Assembly: GCA_008632985.1 (NCBI GenBank)
Contig: QPGO01000021.1
Location: 1 to 64,000 of the forward strand
Length of the DNA: 64,000 nucleotides
Direction: 5' to 3'
Source: Psammoneis japonica
Taxonomy: Eukaryota
Position numbers and translations under genes: made by a program. Shown piece by piece: positions 11,661-22,389 of this stretch. The notes beneath the pieces were generated by a model. That model was not told where the DNA came from. It worked only from the letters and a program-made list of their open reading frames with translations, and searched no databases. Position 1 is the first letter of the stretch; each line of letters opens with the position of its first letter.

Positions 11661-12508
11661 GGAATAGAAATCGAGAAGTGCTTCGGACGAAGTTGTTGAT
11701 GGGGTAGTCAGAGATTTTTTCTTACATTTCAATCGCCATACCTTGCGAGTTGCTTATGTTCACAAAGACTGCTTTTGTAGTAGTCGTGAAAGTCTAACAG
11801 TCTAGCGAGTTTCTCAATAGTCCCACCAAGATAACCATACCTTCATTCTGCTGCGACATCCATATGGAGAAACGTTGGCCAGGAGAGTTCTATTGTGTGC
11901 TATTCTTGTTACGCTTTCTTTCTTCTGTTACCGTATAGAGCACCGAGGGAGAAATGTGTAGAGCTCTGTATCCCAGGACGACAAGACGAAACAGATGAAA
12001 TTATTGCAGCTTCATGAGAGTCACGCTTGCTTCAGTTGTACATCTTACAACACAATCTTGACTTTCGACAACGTACTTGGATGCTTTTCCGATCCGCAGT
12101 CGCGAGCCCGACAGCTTGATTGAGTGCATCGAAGACACAAAATAAGCAGGCACTACAACACGGTGAAACCTTTTCAATCATGAGAAAACAGAAAACGCGT
12201 TCAGAATTGGCCGCTGTTAATCTAGTTGCACCCCTTGGCTGGACATTCTGGTCCACATCCAGTCGTTTCTCTCAACATGAGTTCCTCCCAATGTTGTCCA
12301 ATTGTTCAACCACAATTGCCTAGATGCCAAGGTCATCATCTCCTCCCCGCCTTCATTACAAAAAGCGACTTCACTCGAACTTTTAAAAGAAAGCCTTACC
12401 ACACAACGCTGTCTACTATCAATACCCTTTGCACTAGACTAGAACACCAACAAATAAGGCAACTCCACGAAAACATAGCTCAAGGTAGTCTCTCTCAGAG
12501 TTAAGTTC

Positions 12509-13615
12509 TTACTGATAATGTGGACGATTGTACACATACCCTTGTCGCTGTTGCTGTTCCAGTCTCTGTCGCTGAGACGATTCGGCCAATTTGGCAGCCC
12601 CATACAAGCTTCCCGCCGCCGCGCCATAGAGCGCCAGCAGATACGAGGCCACAAAGGCAAAGGCGGCACACGATGCCAAGATGAAAAAGACAACCGCCGT
12701 GGCAGGATTGGGCTGATAATCCGTGATAATGCCCCACAGACCAAAGATGAAAATCGCCAAGGACATGATGAGTCCCATGCTGAAATTGATGAGCACCTGC
12801 ATCAAGACTCTCAAGATGTATTCCACCGTGCTCTCGTCTCGACCCATGGACCGTATTCCCATGAACCTACGGGGTAAAGAGGAATATCAGCAGTTGTAGA
12901 GGTTAGAGTCAACACCAAAGTCAAGGGACAAAAATCTGACCTTGTCGTGTGCTTGTCCACTTACATTGCATCCCACATAGATTGTCTCTTAGCGAATTGC
13001 TTTCCCTGATTAAAGTACTGCCAGAAAGAATCCTGAAGAAAGAAAATCACAAAGACGATCCGATAAGAAACAATCTCAGAAGATGCAGATAAAGAAGAAC
13101 AAATCCCCAAAGATACACATCCTATAACTGGACAACAAGAATTCCACGACATATTGAAAACTCACCTTTACTTGTCCAACTCCAACTTCCGAAAAGAGAC
13201 CCGCAACAGCCTTGGCATCGCTCATTCGTGCATGCCCTTCTGCTCGAATTTCTTCCAAATCAGCTCTTGCTGCTTCCATTCGTTTCTTGTTACGCTGACA
13301 CAAATCATCACACTGCCAGAACCATCCTTTACTGGCACGGTAAGCTCCATTGGCCACTGCGTATCGGTGAGAGGCATCGTACTCTGCCTCCAAATCGATC
13401 GTCGACATGATGTGATTGAATTTACGTTGTTGGTCCATTGTTAATTTCGTTCCGCCACCTACCAGAAGAAGAACTAAGAGGCCCAAGATGTAGCTGGATG
13501 CAATCACCTTGTGGCGCTTGGCAAAGTTCACACTGCTTCGGACAATCAACGTGCCCACGTCGCTGGCATTTGGCAAAGCCACCTGCTGCTGTGGATGCTG
13601 CGGAAACCGGTTCAT
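12509..13615 (-). CDS. Multi-pass membrane protein of unknown function; 3 exons
   Basis: Exons 13615-13166, 13032-12965 and 12866-12509, joined in frame by GT-AG introns (..GQVK|DSFWQYF..WDAM|FMGIRS..). Several hydrophobic helices and a coiled coil. Confidence 0.75.
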
Positions 13616-13994
13616 GTTTAATTGAAACTGTCTAAGGTTACTTCTCTTTTTTGTTTTTGAAAAAAATTGCTTGCTCGAGGCTGAACACAAGACTCAGTCG
13701 TCTCTCACGTTCGGCACAAGTTCGTGACCGCAGCAACTTTTTTGTTGAGCGACGAGCGTCTTCGAGCTTCGATGTTGGTTTTCCTTCGAAAACAGCGTGT
13801 AGAAATCCACGTGTCATTGCATCGCTCTCGCGTTTGCGGGCGTTGCGTGCCGTGTCGGTCATTTTTCATTCCCGTTTAGGCGCCTATGATATAGGGCTTT
13901 CCCTTTCGCGCCGCCTGTCCCTTTGCTTCTCTCCATCGTCACCACAGCTTTTGGTCCTTGTTCCAACCTTGCTCCTCTCTCTCTCTACCTAGCT

Positions 13995-15170
13995 TCAGAC
14001 AGTGAATGCCAATGTCGACAGCTTTAAAGCAACTTATTGAATTCTCTCTGAGGCCATGTGCTCCATCCACAGATCCAAGGTTTNNNNNNNNNNNNNNNNN
14101 NNNNNNNNNNNNNNNNNNNNNNNNNNNNNNNNNNNNNNNNNNNNNNNNNNNNNNNNNNNNNNNNNNNNNNNNNNNNNNNNNNNNNNNNNNNNNNNNNNNN
14201 NNNNNNNNNNNNNNNNNNNNNNNNNNNNNNNNNNNNNNNNNNNNNNNNNNNNNNNNNNNNNNNNNNNNNNNNNNNNNNNNNCAGGTGTGTGTGGTGGCAG
14301 AAGCCACACCACCAAACATGCATCAACTCATCTGCGCAAGACTTTGGGAGACAATGAGGCTGTGCTGCAACAAAGAAAAACTGCAGCACCAAAAGAAATG
14401 GGTCTGTTTTCATCATGTCTGTTGTGGTCTCACTTTGTGGCATCCTGTCATGCTTGGTTCATCCCAGCTCTGTGCACCGACTTTGCCGTTCCCAGTTCCC
14501 ACCAGTCTGCCAAGCTGCGCAACTCAGCTTTGTGGCATCAAACCAGGGTCTCTGTTTTGTGAGACAAATTTGGTGCAAGCCAATGCTTTGTTCAGTTCCC
14601 CTCTTGCCAAAACAATGTGCAGTTGTGTTTTGTGGCAATCTTGCTGCCACCGTTTTCTGCCCCACACCTCCATTTTTTGCACCCTGTCTCCACCAAACCA
14701 AAGAGCAGAGCAAGATTGTCTTGGGAAACCATTGAGTCCATCTGCATCCCATGGAATGGCATGCTTCAAATGCAAACCAGTGCCCAATCCAATTTTTTCT
14801 TGCCATGGAAAAGCTCCAGCCCTTTGCATTTGCAAGTGTTTGGGCAGGCGCGATGCATGTCGATCAGTCTGCCACCACAATTCACTTGATGCACTTCCCC
14901 AGATGTGGCACAAACACCACCATGCAGGTGAAAATCCATGGTGCACATGCAATGCACAATTGCCATGCTCCCAGCCATCTTGTCATTGAGGGTCGCTAAG
15001 AAGTGCGCTTCCACAATGCTGCCATCAGCACAGAAGTGGCTGCCGCATGTGGCACCTGATCCGCAGTCACTTGCTTCAACTACTTTTGCAGCATCGACAT
15101 TTCAACAACAGCGTGACCGCACAGCAAAGCTCCCCAAATTGCTTGACAGATGTCCTCAGCTCATTGTTTG
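13995..15170. other. TpA/CpG-depleted degenerate repeat block containing an assembly gap
   Basis: Near absence of TA and CG, TG/CA-rich, spurious ORFs in all frames. Confidence 0.7.
14084..14281. other. Scaffold gap (198 N)
   Basis: Run of n characters. Confidence 1.
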
Positions 15171-15640
15171 TGCTTTTTACTTTTTACTCATCCTTTTCAA
15201 GGTTCCCAGAGAGTTCAGAGCCCCTTGTTCACAGTTCAGCTTGATCAGCATCCGTGCCTTCATTGGCAATAGAACAATCCTTCGTACGTTTTCCCCAACA
15301 AGGACCTTGTCGAGTTCATCCCCACCTAGGATAAGAACAGCGTACGAACTTTTTTGTGGTTTCCTAGGCATCGACATGCCTGATAGATAACTGCTTTTGT
15401 GAGAGCATTGCATTGGAAACCGTCCTCCGTACGACTGTCTGTCTTGCCACAAGGGGCAGATGTTTGTCGCTGGTTCCTCCTGTTGATCCTTGCCTGTTAC
15501 TTCCAACAATGACAATAGCGATGAGATTACAGTGTATAGCGAGAGGGGTTAATGAAAGAGTGTATCCTCTAGCCTGTCCTTGCACAAACAGACTCAGCTT
15601 CTCTATTAAAGTTCGCCATTTAAACTATTCCACCAACTCA

Positions 15641-16669
15641 TCAAATCAGCATCGGGGTCAGAACGAATACATTGAACAAAAACCAAAACAACATGACGCC
15701 CTTGTTCATGCCAAGTCGCTCAAATTCCATTGTAATCAAGTTGCCCGCCAGCAACAGGACAAAGGCTGGCAGTGATCCCCATCCAACCGCTGTTTCCAGA
15801 GATCTGTTTTGCGATAGGACGAGCAAGCTGCAGATGCAATATCCCAAACACCAGGTCCCATACGAGCGTGTTAAGGTATACGCTGCTTGAGTGTCAGCGA
15901 TGTCAAACTTCCACGGCTTGGACAAAACGCCGGGCGCAAGAGCTCCAACCAACCCATTCCAGGCTCCAAATGCCATGTAGCCAAGCAAATAGGCACGAGC
16001 AAGCTCGGTTGACACTAGTTTGGTAGGCCTATAGCTTGCCAGCAAGGGTAGAACCAACGCCATTCCTGCCAATACAAGACCCACAAGAAAAGATGATTTG
16101 GGAATGCCAGGGACTCCAACAACGCTCGAAACAATCAGATTCAGAACTACAAAGATATTCGACGCTGCCACCGCCACCTCGAGATTTTCATTTTTCTGAG
16201 CTAGCCACGAAAAGACACCAAGTCCCGTTATGAGAGTTCCACAACCACGCATCAAAAACGCCACGAGTGCATCATTGTCGGGTGACAGTTCCGAGGTTTG
16301 AATGCCATAGACACGAGCGTTGAGTCTAGGGGCCAACATGCAAATTGGGCCTTGTATCAGGTAAATGACGGTAAATATTTGTAGCGAAGAAGTAGGCGAG
16401 AGACCCATACCTCCTCCGCCTCGAGGTATCATTAACAAGGATTCATGTTTGGCATTGTCACGACTGTGTTGATGTTGCAAGCTGCCGCAGAGCTGATTGC
16501 TTTTAAGAATAATGTTGGTTCGCCTCGCTTTTGCAAAGGCATAAATGTTTTTTCTTGATACTTGTCGTACATGCTCCCTCGCTCCATGGGCGTAAGAAAC
16601 AAAGATAACGACAAGTAACAGTGCCGACCACAGCAGTTGAGAGCGCTTGCTCTTCGTGGCCATCATCAT
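15641..16669 (-). CDS. Signal-peptide-bearing multi-pass membrane protein of unknown function
   Basis: 342 aa ORF with N-terminal hydrophobic signal (LLWSALLLVVIFVSYAHG), a PRGG motif after the presequence, and about 8 hydrophobic segments. Confidence 0.7.
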   Translation of the reverse strand: MMMATKSKRSQLLWSALLLVVIFVSYAHGAREHVRQVSRKNIYAFAKARRTNIILKSNQLCGSLQHQHSRDNAKHESLLMIPRGGGGMGLSPTSSLQIFTVIYLIQGPICMLAPRLNARVYGIQTSELSPDNDALVAFLMRGCGTLITGLGVFSWLAQKNENLEVAVAASNIFVVLNLIVSSVVGVPGIPKSSFLVGLVLAGMALVLPLLASYRPTKLVSTELARAYLLGYMAFGAWNGLVGALAPGVLSKPWKFDIADTQAAYTLTRSYGTWCLGYCICSLLVLSQNRSLETAVGWGSLPAFVLLLAGNLITMEFERLGMNKGVMLFWFLFNVFVLTPMLI

Positions 16670-17074
16670 TGTCGACTTGCCTTGTGTGTCACGCGTCGGC
16701 GCGTCTCGGGCGTCGGAGCGGAGGCGATTTTGTAAACGTTAGAGTTAGGGTTTTTGGCCATGAGCTTCTGATTCAAAATTCAAAATCATTTTTGACTTAC
16801 GGTACTTGCTCTCTGGCTGTCTTGTCTCCTTTTCCTCCTTGCCTTATTAAGGCTACAATGACAGGAACTTTGCTGAAGAAGAGGACAGGGTCAATTACAG
16901 ATAAATGGTTTATGTTTTCAGAATTCAGAATAAACTAGAGATGCAAACAGTAACATCACAAGCCAACCTCAAACCTTGAAACAGACACGTAAGTATGGTG
17001 AGTATTATTTTAGTTTCAAAAGAATCTATTCCTCATCAGCAGTCAAACAGTGAGCCCTTCGACAGGACTGGCGT

Positions 17075-17764
17075 TTACGGTGATGTGGACACCAACACGG
17101 CTTCGGCATTGGTTGTAGGAGGCGAACACACACGACTGTTCTTCGTCGATGACACTGAGCATGGCATACCACTGTCGTGCAGGGCCTTTCTCTTTAGAAC
17201 TCTTGTCGACGGGTCAATGCTACAGCCTACGTTTGAGATCTTGTCCGCTTTTAGAATGTTGAGGGCCGTGCTGGCATCACGAATCGCCGCGACATATGCG
17301 ACTTGTTTCGATTGAAACGTGCACTTTTGGGCGATCAGAGCCAAGTGTTCGGGACTCGAGCAGCGTTCGTGTGCTTTCAAAATAACTCGTACCGCCAGGC
17401 ACTTGTGCTTGTGCCGATCAGGGCAAATGTAGCGCTCCATTCCTCGAATACAGCCGCCACCATGGCAGCATGATACTCTTTGGTTTAAAATCTTCTCGGG
17501 GTCTTCCAAAAAGAGTCTCTGGCATAAAAGCTTGGCATTATCTTTGAACTCATTCAGCTCGTCATTGGTGTACCAAACCTCTTCCTGTTCTTTCTGCGAC
17601 ATTTCCGGTATGGTTTCAACCTGAGCATCTTCCCGAAACGAGACGCGGCGATTCCGTTTCAATCCCAGTTTCAACGCATCAACGGGAATCACTGCAGACG
17701 TGGAGGGAAGAGCTGTTGCTTTCATGGCTGTGAAAGGCGGAACTTGTTCCTTAATGCAACCCAT
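17075..17764 (-). CDS. Diatom-type protein of unknown function (RGLE family), distant paralog 3
   Basis: RRVSFREDAQV, VWYTNDELNEF, CIRGMERY and EHLALIAQKC match the motifs of paralogs 1 and 2. Start uncertain (ATG at 17764 or 17725). Confidence 0.7.
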   Translation of the reverse strand: MGCIKEQVPPFTAMKATALPSTSAVIPVDALKLGLKRNRRVSFREDAQVETIPEMSQKEQEEVWYTNDELNEFKDNAKLLCQRLFLEDPEKILNQRVSCCHGGGCIRGMERYICPDRHKHKCLAVRVILKAHERCSSPEHLALIAQKCTFQSKQVAYVAAIRDASTALNILKADKISNVGCSIDPSTRVLKRKALHDSGMPCSVSSTKNSRVCSPPTTNAEAVLVSTSP

Positions 17765-18572
17765 GGACTGTAATCGTGTTGACTGTGTGACTTTTTCTAC
17801 CAAGCTTACTTTTCGAGAATGGATCTGTCTTGGATCTGTCTTTTCTCTTGAACAAGACGTGTTGGTTGACTGACTGTGGTTGCGTCGAGCTGTGCGAATG
17901 TTTCAACCAATCTATGGAAGAGAATGGATGTGTGTCTCTTCGAAAAAAGATATCTCTGGTAGAAATGGGAAGACCAAACAAGCTTCACCGACCCGAAGGT
18001 GCTCAGGAAAAAAGAAGTGATGCGATTTCTGACGCGATGCGAAACGCGAGCGTGACTCGAATTCTTCACGTCAGTCTTGCATGCTGACGGTTGAACAGAT
18101 GCCGACGAGCTGGCCACCTCGCCTTGGTGTACTAGACCACGTAGAAATATACAGGAGCATGTTAACGGTAATGACGTAGAAAAACCATGAGATTGTACAT
18201 ACTGAAGTTTCCACGCGTCATTCAGTACTGACAGCTTTTCCGTGATTGGCCGGCTCACGTCTGAAACTGTCTGTCTCATCCGCGTCTGGAAATCTGGAAG
18301 CATTTCGAACACTATCAAGACAAGCGAACCCCTCGATCAAAGGGAGGGACGACTCGACAATGTAGGGGACGACTCCGCCCCTGCTGTACTCTCTACTCTA
18401 GCTAGCCTTTCTTCTATTCACCATCTATTTATATTGCAGCAATTTTCTCCTGCTCTCTTGGCCAAGCAGCAGAGAATACTTTATCTAATTTGAAAATCAT
18501 AGAGAGCAATGCAGTATATTTTTGAAAGCTGTTGAAGATTTATGTCGCGCTGTCTGTGTTCTGGTATTCTGA

Positions 18573-21500
18573 TCAAGTCAGCTCAAATCCTGCTCCCGAT
18601 TCAACGGCATCCAGCAGCTTCTTCCTGAGCAGTTGTTTGTCTTTGTAGTTGGGAAGTTTCAGTAAGTTCATGCACGTGGCACTGGTGGGAAGTGGCGTGA
18701 CCTTGGACAGGGCTTCCATGTCATAATTATGCATTTCAAACAACTCCTCTCCTAAATGCAGTTGCTGTATGCAAGGTAGTGGCTCCAATGCTTTGAATCC
18801 GAGTAGCGGTTGACGTGAACAAGACGTCATGAAGCGAAGGAACTTTCTTTGCTGGTCGGGTGTCATTTCTTCTACAACCTCCCAGAACCATTGAATAATC
18901 GGCTGGGAAGGATGATAGCCGCCAGAGTAGCGCATGACGGCCTTCATGCCGCGGACATCGATACCGCGTACAGTGTCGTCACCTGAAATAAGCTTCTGTA
19001 ACTCGTTGGAAGAAAACAATCGCAGCCACGAAGCAGGGATCAAATCACGGAACCCTTTCAGGAAGGCCTTGGTTTGCGCTGCGCCTTCCACGTTGAGTCG
19101 CTGGTGAGCAACAAGATGTACATACTGAATCACGTTCTGTTTTGTCACGTGCATTGAACTACCGCCAGGGATAAGCTCCGTCGTCGCCGTTTCCCTGCTA
19201 CCATTCGGCCCTGTCGTCGCTTTTGTCAATTCAAATGTCAGACCAAGGCCGTCGATTTCGGAAGCGCTGAGATTCCGCAACTTGATTAGATTGTTGTAGT
19301 ACTCTAAATCAAAGTTCTTCAAATCGTCGAGTGTGTTACGCTTCCCTAATAACTGATTCAAAAAGGGCAAACAGAACTGTGGCTCCACTAAGATGGATTC
19401 GTAAACAGCTTTCCCAAGCACTCGGCCGAGGAACTCATAATGAGACAAATCATAAGACGCAGACGAGTTCACCGAAAGGGTTTGAAGTGGTGTGACGGAG
19501 AAGAGCCGAGGCGCACCTCCAGATGTTCGGTCGGTATTCTCGCCAGGATCGAAGGCTTCCTTGATCAGATCATCCAAGAACTCCTTAAACACCCCACCGC
19601 CATCGATTCCAGCTTCTGTTGCACCATGTTGGTTGATAAAGGTGACTTGCACTTTCCTCCTCAACTTGTTTCCCAGTTCATTCAATTGTTCCATGGAGTC
19701 CTTATACAAGGCATCCCGACGGATTTCGACTCGCTCTCGTCCACCAAAGTTGATATTTTCGTTCTCCTCGTCACCTCTTGCCATCATCATCAAGGCACGA
19801 CGAAACTCGGTTTCTTCGTCTTGAGTTGTAGCCTTGTCGACAGAAAGCAGAGAACTAAACATTTTCACGCGACGTTCAAACGGAAGTGCCTGTGGAATAC
19901 ATGTAAGGATTCGGGCCATTTTAGGGTCACGAAAAATTTCTGCCAAAGCATCACTCTGTGCGTCAGTAGGAGATGGCCCCTCGTCATCCCCGTCGCTCTC
20001 ATCTACATCCATGGACGCAACGCTTCCATCGTCATTATCATCTGGAACACCAGCTTGACGAAGCGTAACTAGCCCGTCTCCTTCACGACTAATGAGACTA
20101 GGGAACCACCAAACCGACTCATCGCAAAAGGTGGGTGCATGACGAACTAGTCGACACCAACGTTCGTACAATGAATTCCAAAGCTTTGTGCCCGACAACA
20201 AGAGTCGCCCACGGTAGAACTTCAATCGATCATCCATATTTTCAAACGCCACACGGTCTACTTGCACATCTGCGGCAAGAACAGGTCGAGTCCAGAAGAC
20301 ATCATAAAGGGCGCTGCCAAGGCGAGCAATGACGTCCTCCGCAAGAATGACTCGCTTTTTGTGTGAGTCGGATGCGGCAGCAGTATAATACAGAAGGAAT
20401 TCTTCGTCGTGAAGCACCAGCAAGTGATGCGCAAAAAAATCACAAAAGACTGCCATACCCGCGGTGATAAGGAGCTGTCTGTCTTCCTCACCAGTCATCC
20501 ACTCGACAAGCGACTGCCACAATCCCTCCAGAATGCGCAACCCACGATGAAATGCAATCTGCGTCAAAAAAGGTGATTTTGATGCCCGTAGTCCGGTGGT
20601 ACACTGCAGCAGAGAAAACAACAACTTGACATAGGTCTCCTTTGCGTCGTAATTGCTGCTGCTGCTATTTCGACCAAAAATAATATCCCCCCACTCGATC
20701 CAAATATCGGCATTCCCCAATTGCGTGGCCAGATTCGCAAGCTGTTCCTTGTTGGATGCGGTTTCCATACTCGATAAGACTTGTTTTCGTGACTTGCAGG
20801 TCACATCTTGATACAAGCGATCCAATTTTGGAACGGTTTGCAAGTCCCGTCGCGTGAGCGTGCTCGAACGGTGTCTGTGACGAGTCTTCTTGGTTTGATC
20901 CGGTTTGGATGCATCTTGCATTTCGACATCCTCCTCTTCTTCCTCTTCATCGTCTTCCTCGGTATCCAAACGATCGTTTTCGTACGGTGACGACGACAAG
21001 GCTGCATTCTTGAGCAAGAGCTCTTGCACGTTTTCTCCTCGCACAACAAGAGACACAAGCGTGGTCAAATCAGGACGCTTGGACAAAACCAAGTCCACCA
21101 AAGACAAGTACATGTTGGGACTCAATTCATCGCGATTACCAGTGTTCCACATGTCAAGAGCATTCTGTAAAACAAGGCTTTCTCGTCCCCGGATTGCCTT
21201 GTGAATCGTTTCCTCGACACGAGGCAGGCTGGTGATTTCTTCAACAGTTCCAGTCAGGGCCTTTACAAGATACGGCAGCAATTCACGTTGATACGCCTCT
21301 AAGCTCTTGTCTTTTGCAGCTGGAAACAAAGCATCTGCCACATTGTCAAGCCCCTCCTTTATACCAAGGCTGGATCTTGCGCAAAACATGGTGCTGGACA
21401 ACAAGGCCATGACGGCCGTCTTGCAGTGATCTGTTCTGTTGAAAGCAGCAGCCGTCTGGCAAGACCAATACCAAAGAGTAGCTGCGGTTGCATCGTCTGC

Positions 21501-22091
21501 ATTTCTAGAATTCGATAGCCATTCTCGACAGCAATTCACGAGAGAAATAAAAGAATCCAATTCTAACTTTCCGTTTGTATTCTGAAGCATGTACACCAAC
21601 AGAGGCAATATGGTTGAAGTGGACGACTTGTTGGGACGCAGTTCTGACAGTGTTGTTTCGAAGATTTTCCTCTGAGAATAGGAAAATAGACCTCCCGTAC
21701 CGCCTTTGCTGTTGTTTTTGCTGCTTTCGTGATTATAATAGTCAGACAACACGGAAGAAACCGCGACTTTCAAATATGGCGAGAGTGGGGTCGATAGTCG
21801 CAGAGAAACCACCGTTTCGGTTATTTCAGAGTTTGCCAGCTGCTCTGCTAGACGCTTTCGTGCTTGTCGACCGCGAAACACACTCTGAATCGTCTTGGCA
21901 GAGGCATTTTGCAATTGAACTTGTCGTCGTTCATTTCGCTGAATTCTCGCTTCTTCCAACACGGATGACTTGTTGCTGTTTGCTGCTGCTGTTGTTGCTG
22001 CTGCTGTGGAAGTTTTTCGTCGTTGACGGCGATGGCGTCCACCTGTACTCAAATCAATGGTACGACGCGATCGATGGCTTCCATCGAACAT
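18573..22091 (-). CDS. HECT E3 ubiquitin ligase, UBE3B/UBE3C-like
   Basis: 1172 aa ORF with N-terminal IQ motif (IQSVFRGRQAR) and HECT motifs EAGIDGGGVFKEF, FLGRVLGKA, LPTSATCMNLLKLP (catalytic Cys) and GAGFELT end. Confidence 0.95.
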   Translation of the reverse strand: MFDGSHRSRRTIDLSTGGRHRRQRRKTSTAAATTAAANSNKSSVLEEARIQRNERRQVQLQNASAKTIQSVFRGRQARKRLAEQLANSEITETVVSLRLSTPLSPYLKVAVSSVLSDYYNHESSKNNSKGGTGGLFSYSQRKIFETTLSELRPNKSSTSTILPLLVYMLQNTNGKLELDSFISLVNCCREWLSNSRNADDATAATLWYWSCQTAAAFNRTDHCKTAVMALLSSTMFCARSSLGIKEGLDNVADALFPAAKDKSLEAYQRELLPYLVKALTGTVEEITSLPRVEETIHKAIRGRESLVLQNALDMWNTGNRDELSPNMYLSLVDLVLSKRPDLTTLVSLVVRGENVQELLLKNAALSSSPYENDRLDTEEDDEEEEEEDVEMQDASKPDQTKKTRHRHRSSTLTRRDLQTVPKLDRLYQDVTCKSRKQVLSSMETASNKEQLANLATQLGNADIWIEWGDIIFGRNSSSSNYDAKETYVKLLFSLLQCTTGLRASKSPFLTQIAFHRGLRILEGLWQSLVEWMTGEEDRQLLITAGMAVFCDFFAHHLLVLHDEEFLLYYTAAASDSHKKRVILAEDVIARLGSALYDVFWTRPVLAADVQVDRVAFENMDDRLKFYRGRLLLSGTKLWNSLYERWCRLVRHAPTFCDESVWWFPSLISREGDGLVTLRQAGVPDDNDDGSVASMDVDESDGDDEGPSPTDAQSDALAEIFRDPKMARILTCIPQALPFERRVKMFSSLLSVDKATTQDEETEFRRALMMMARGDEENENINFGGRERVEIRRDALYKDSMEQLNELGNKLRRKVQVTFINQHGATEAGIDGGGVFKEFLDDLIKEAFDPGENTDRTSGGAPRLFSVTPLQTLSVNSSASYDLSHYEFLGRVLGKAVYESILVEPQFCLPFLNQLLGKRNTLDDLKNFDLEYYNNLIKLRNLSASEIDGLGLTFELTKATTGPNGSRETATTELIPGGSSMHVTKQNVIQYVHLVAHQRLNVEGAAQTKAFLKGFRDLIPASWLRLFSSNELQKLISGDDTVRGIDVRGMKAVMRYSGGYHPSQPIIQWFWEVVEEMTPDQQRKFLRFMTSCSRQPLLGFKALEPLPCIQQLHLGEELFEMHNYDMEALSKVTPLPTSATCMNLLKLPNYKDKQLLRKKLLDAVESGAGFELT

Positions 22092-22389
22092 GGTAAACTA
22101 ACGTTGGAAGAAGTGGCAACAGGACGCTTTGCTTTCTTCGTTTTCTTTCGCTCGTGGTGCCTTCGTTGTGTGCGTGTTCGTGTGTTTTGTGTGTTGTGAA
22201 CTGGCATCGAAACACGAAAACGAAAGAACCGTTGCTTCAATAACGTCGAAAAGAGCTCGAACTACTCTTGATAGTCACGACTCCGTTGGTCAATGAACTT
22301 AGAGCTCGATTGTTGATTCTGTCATTGAACAATCCCCGAGCTTTTCGTTTAGGCAAGTGGAGATAGATGGCTAAGCCACTAGAGCAGTG

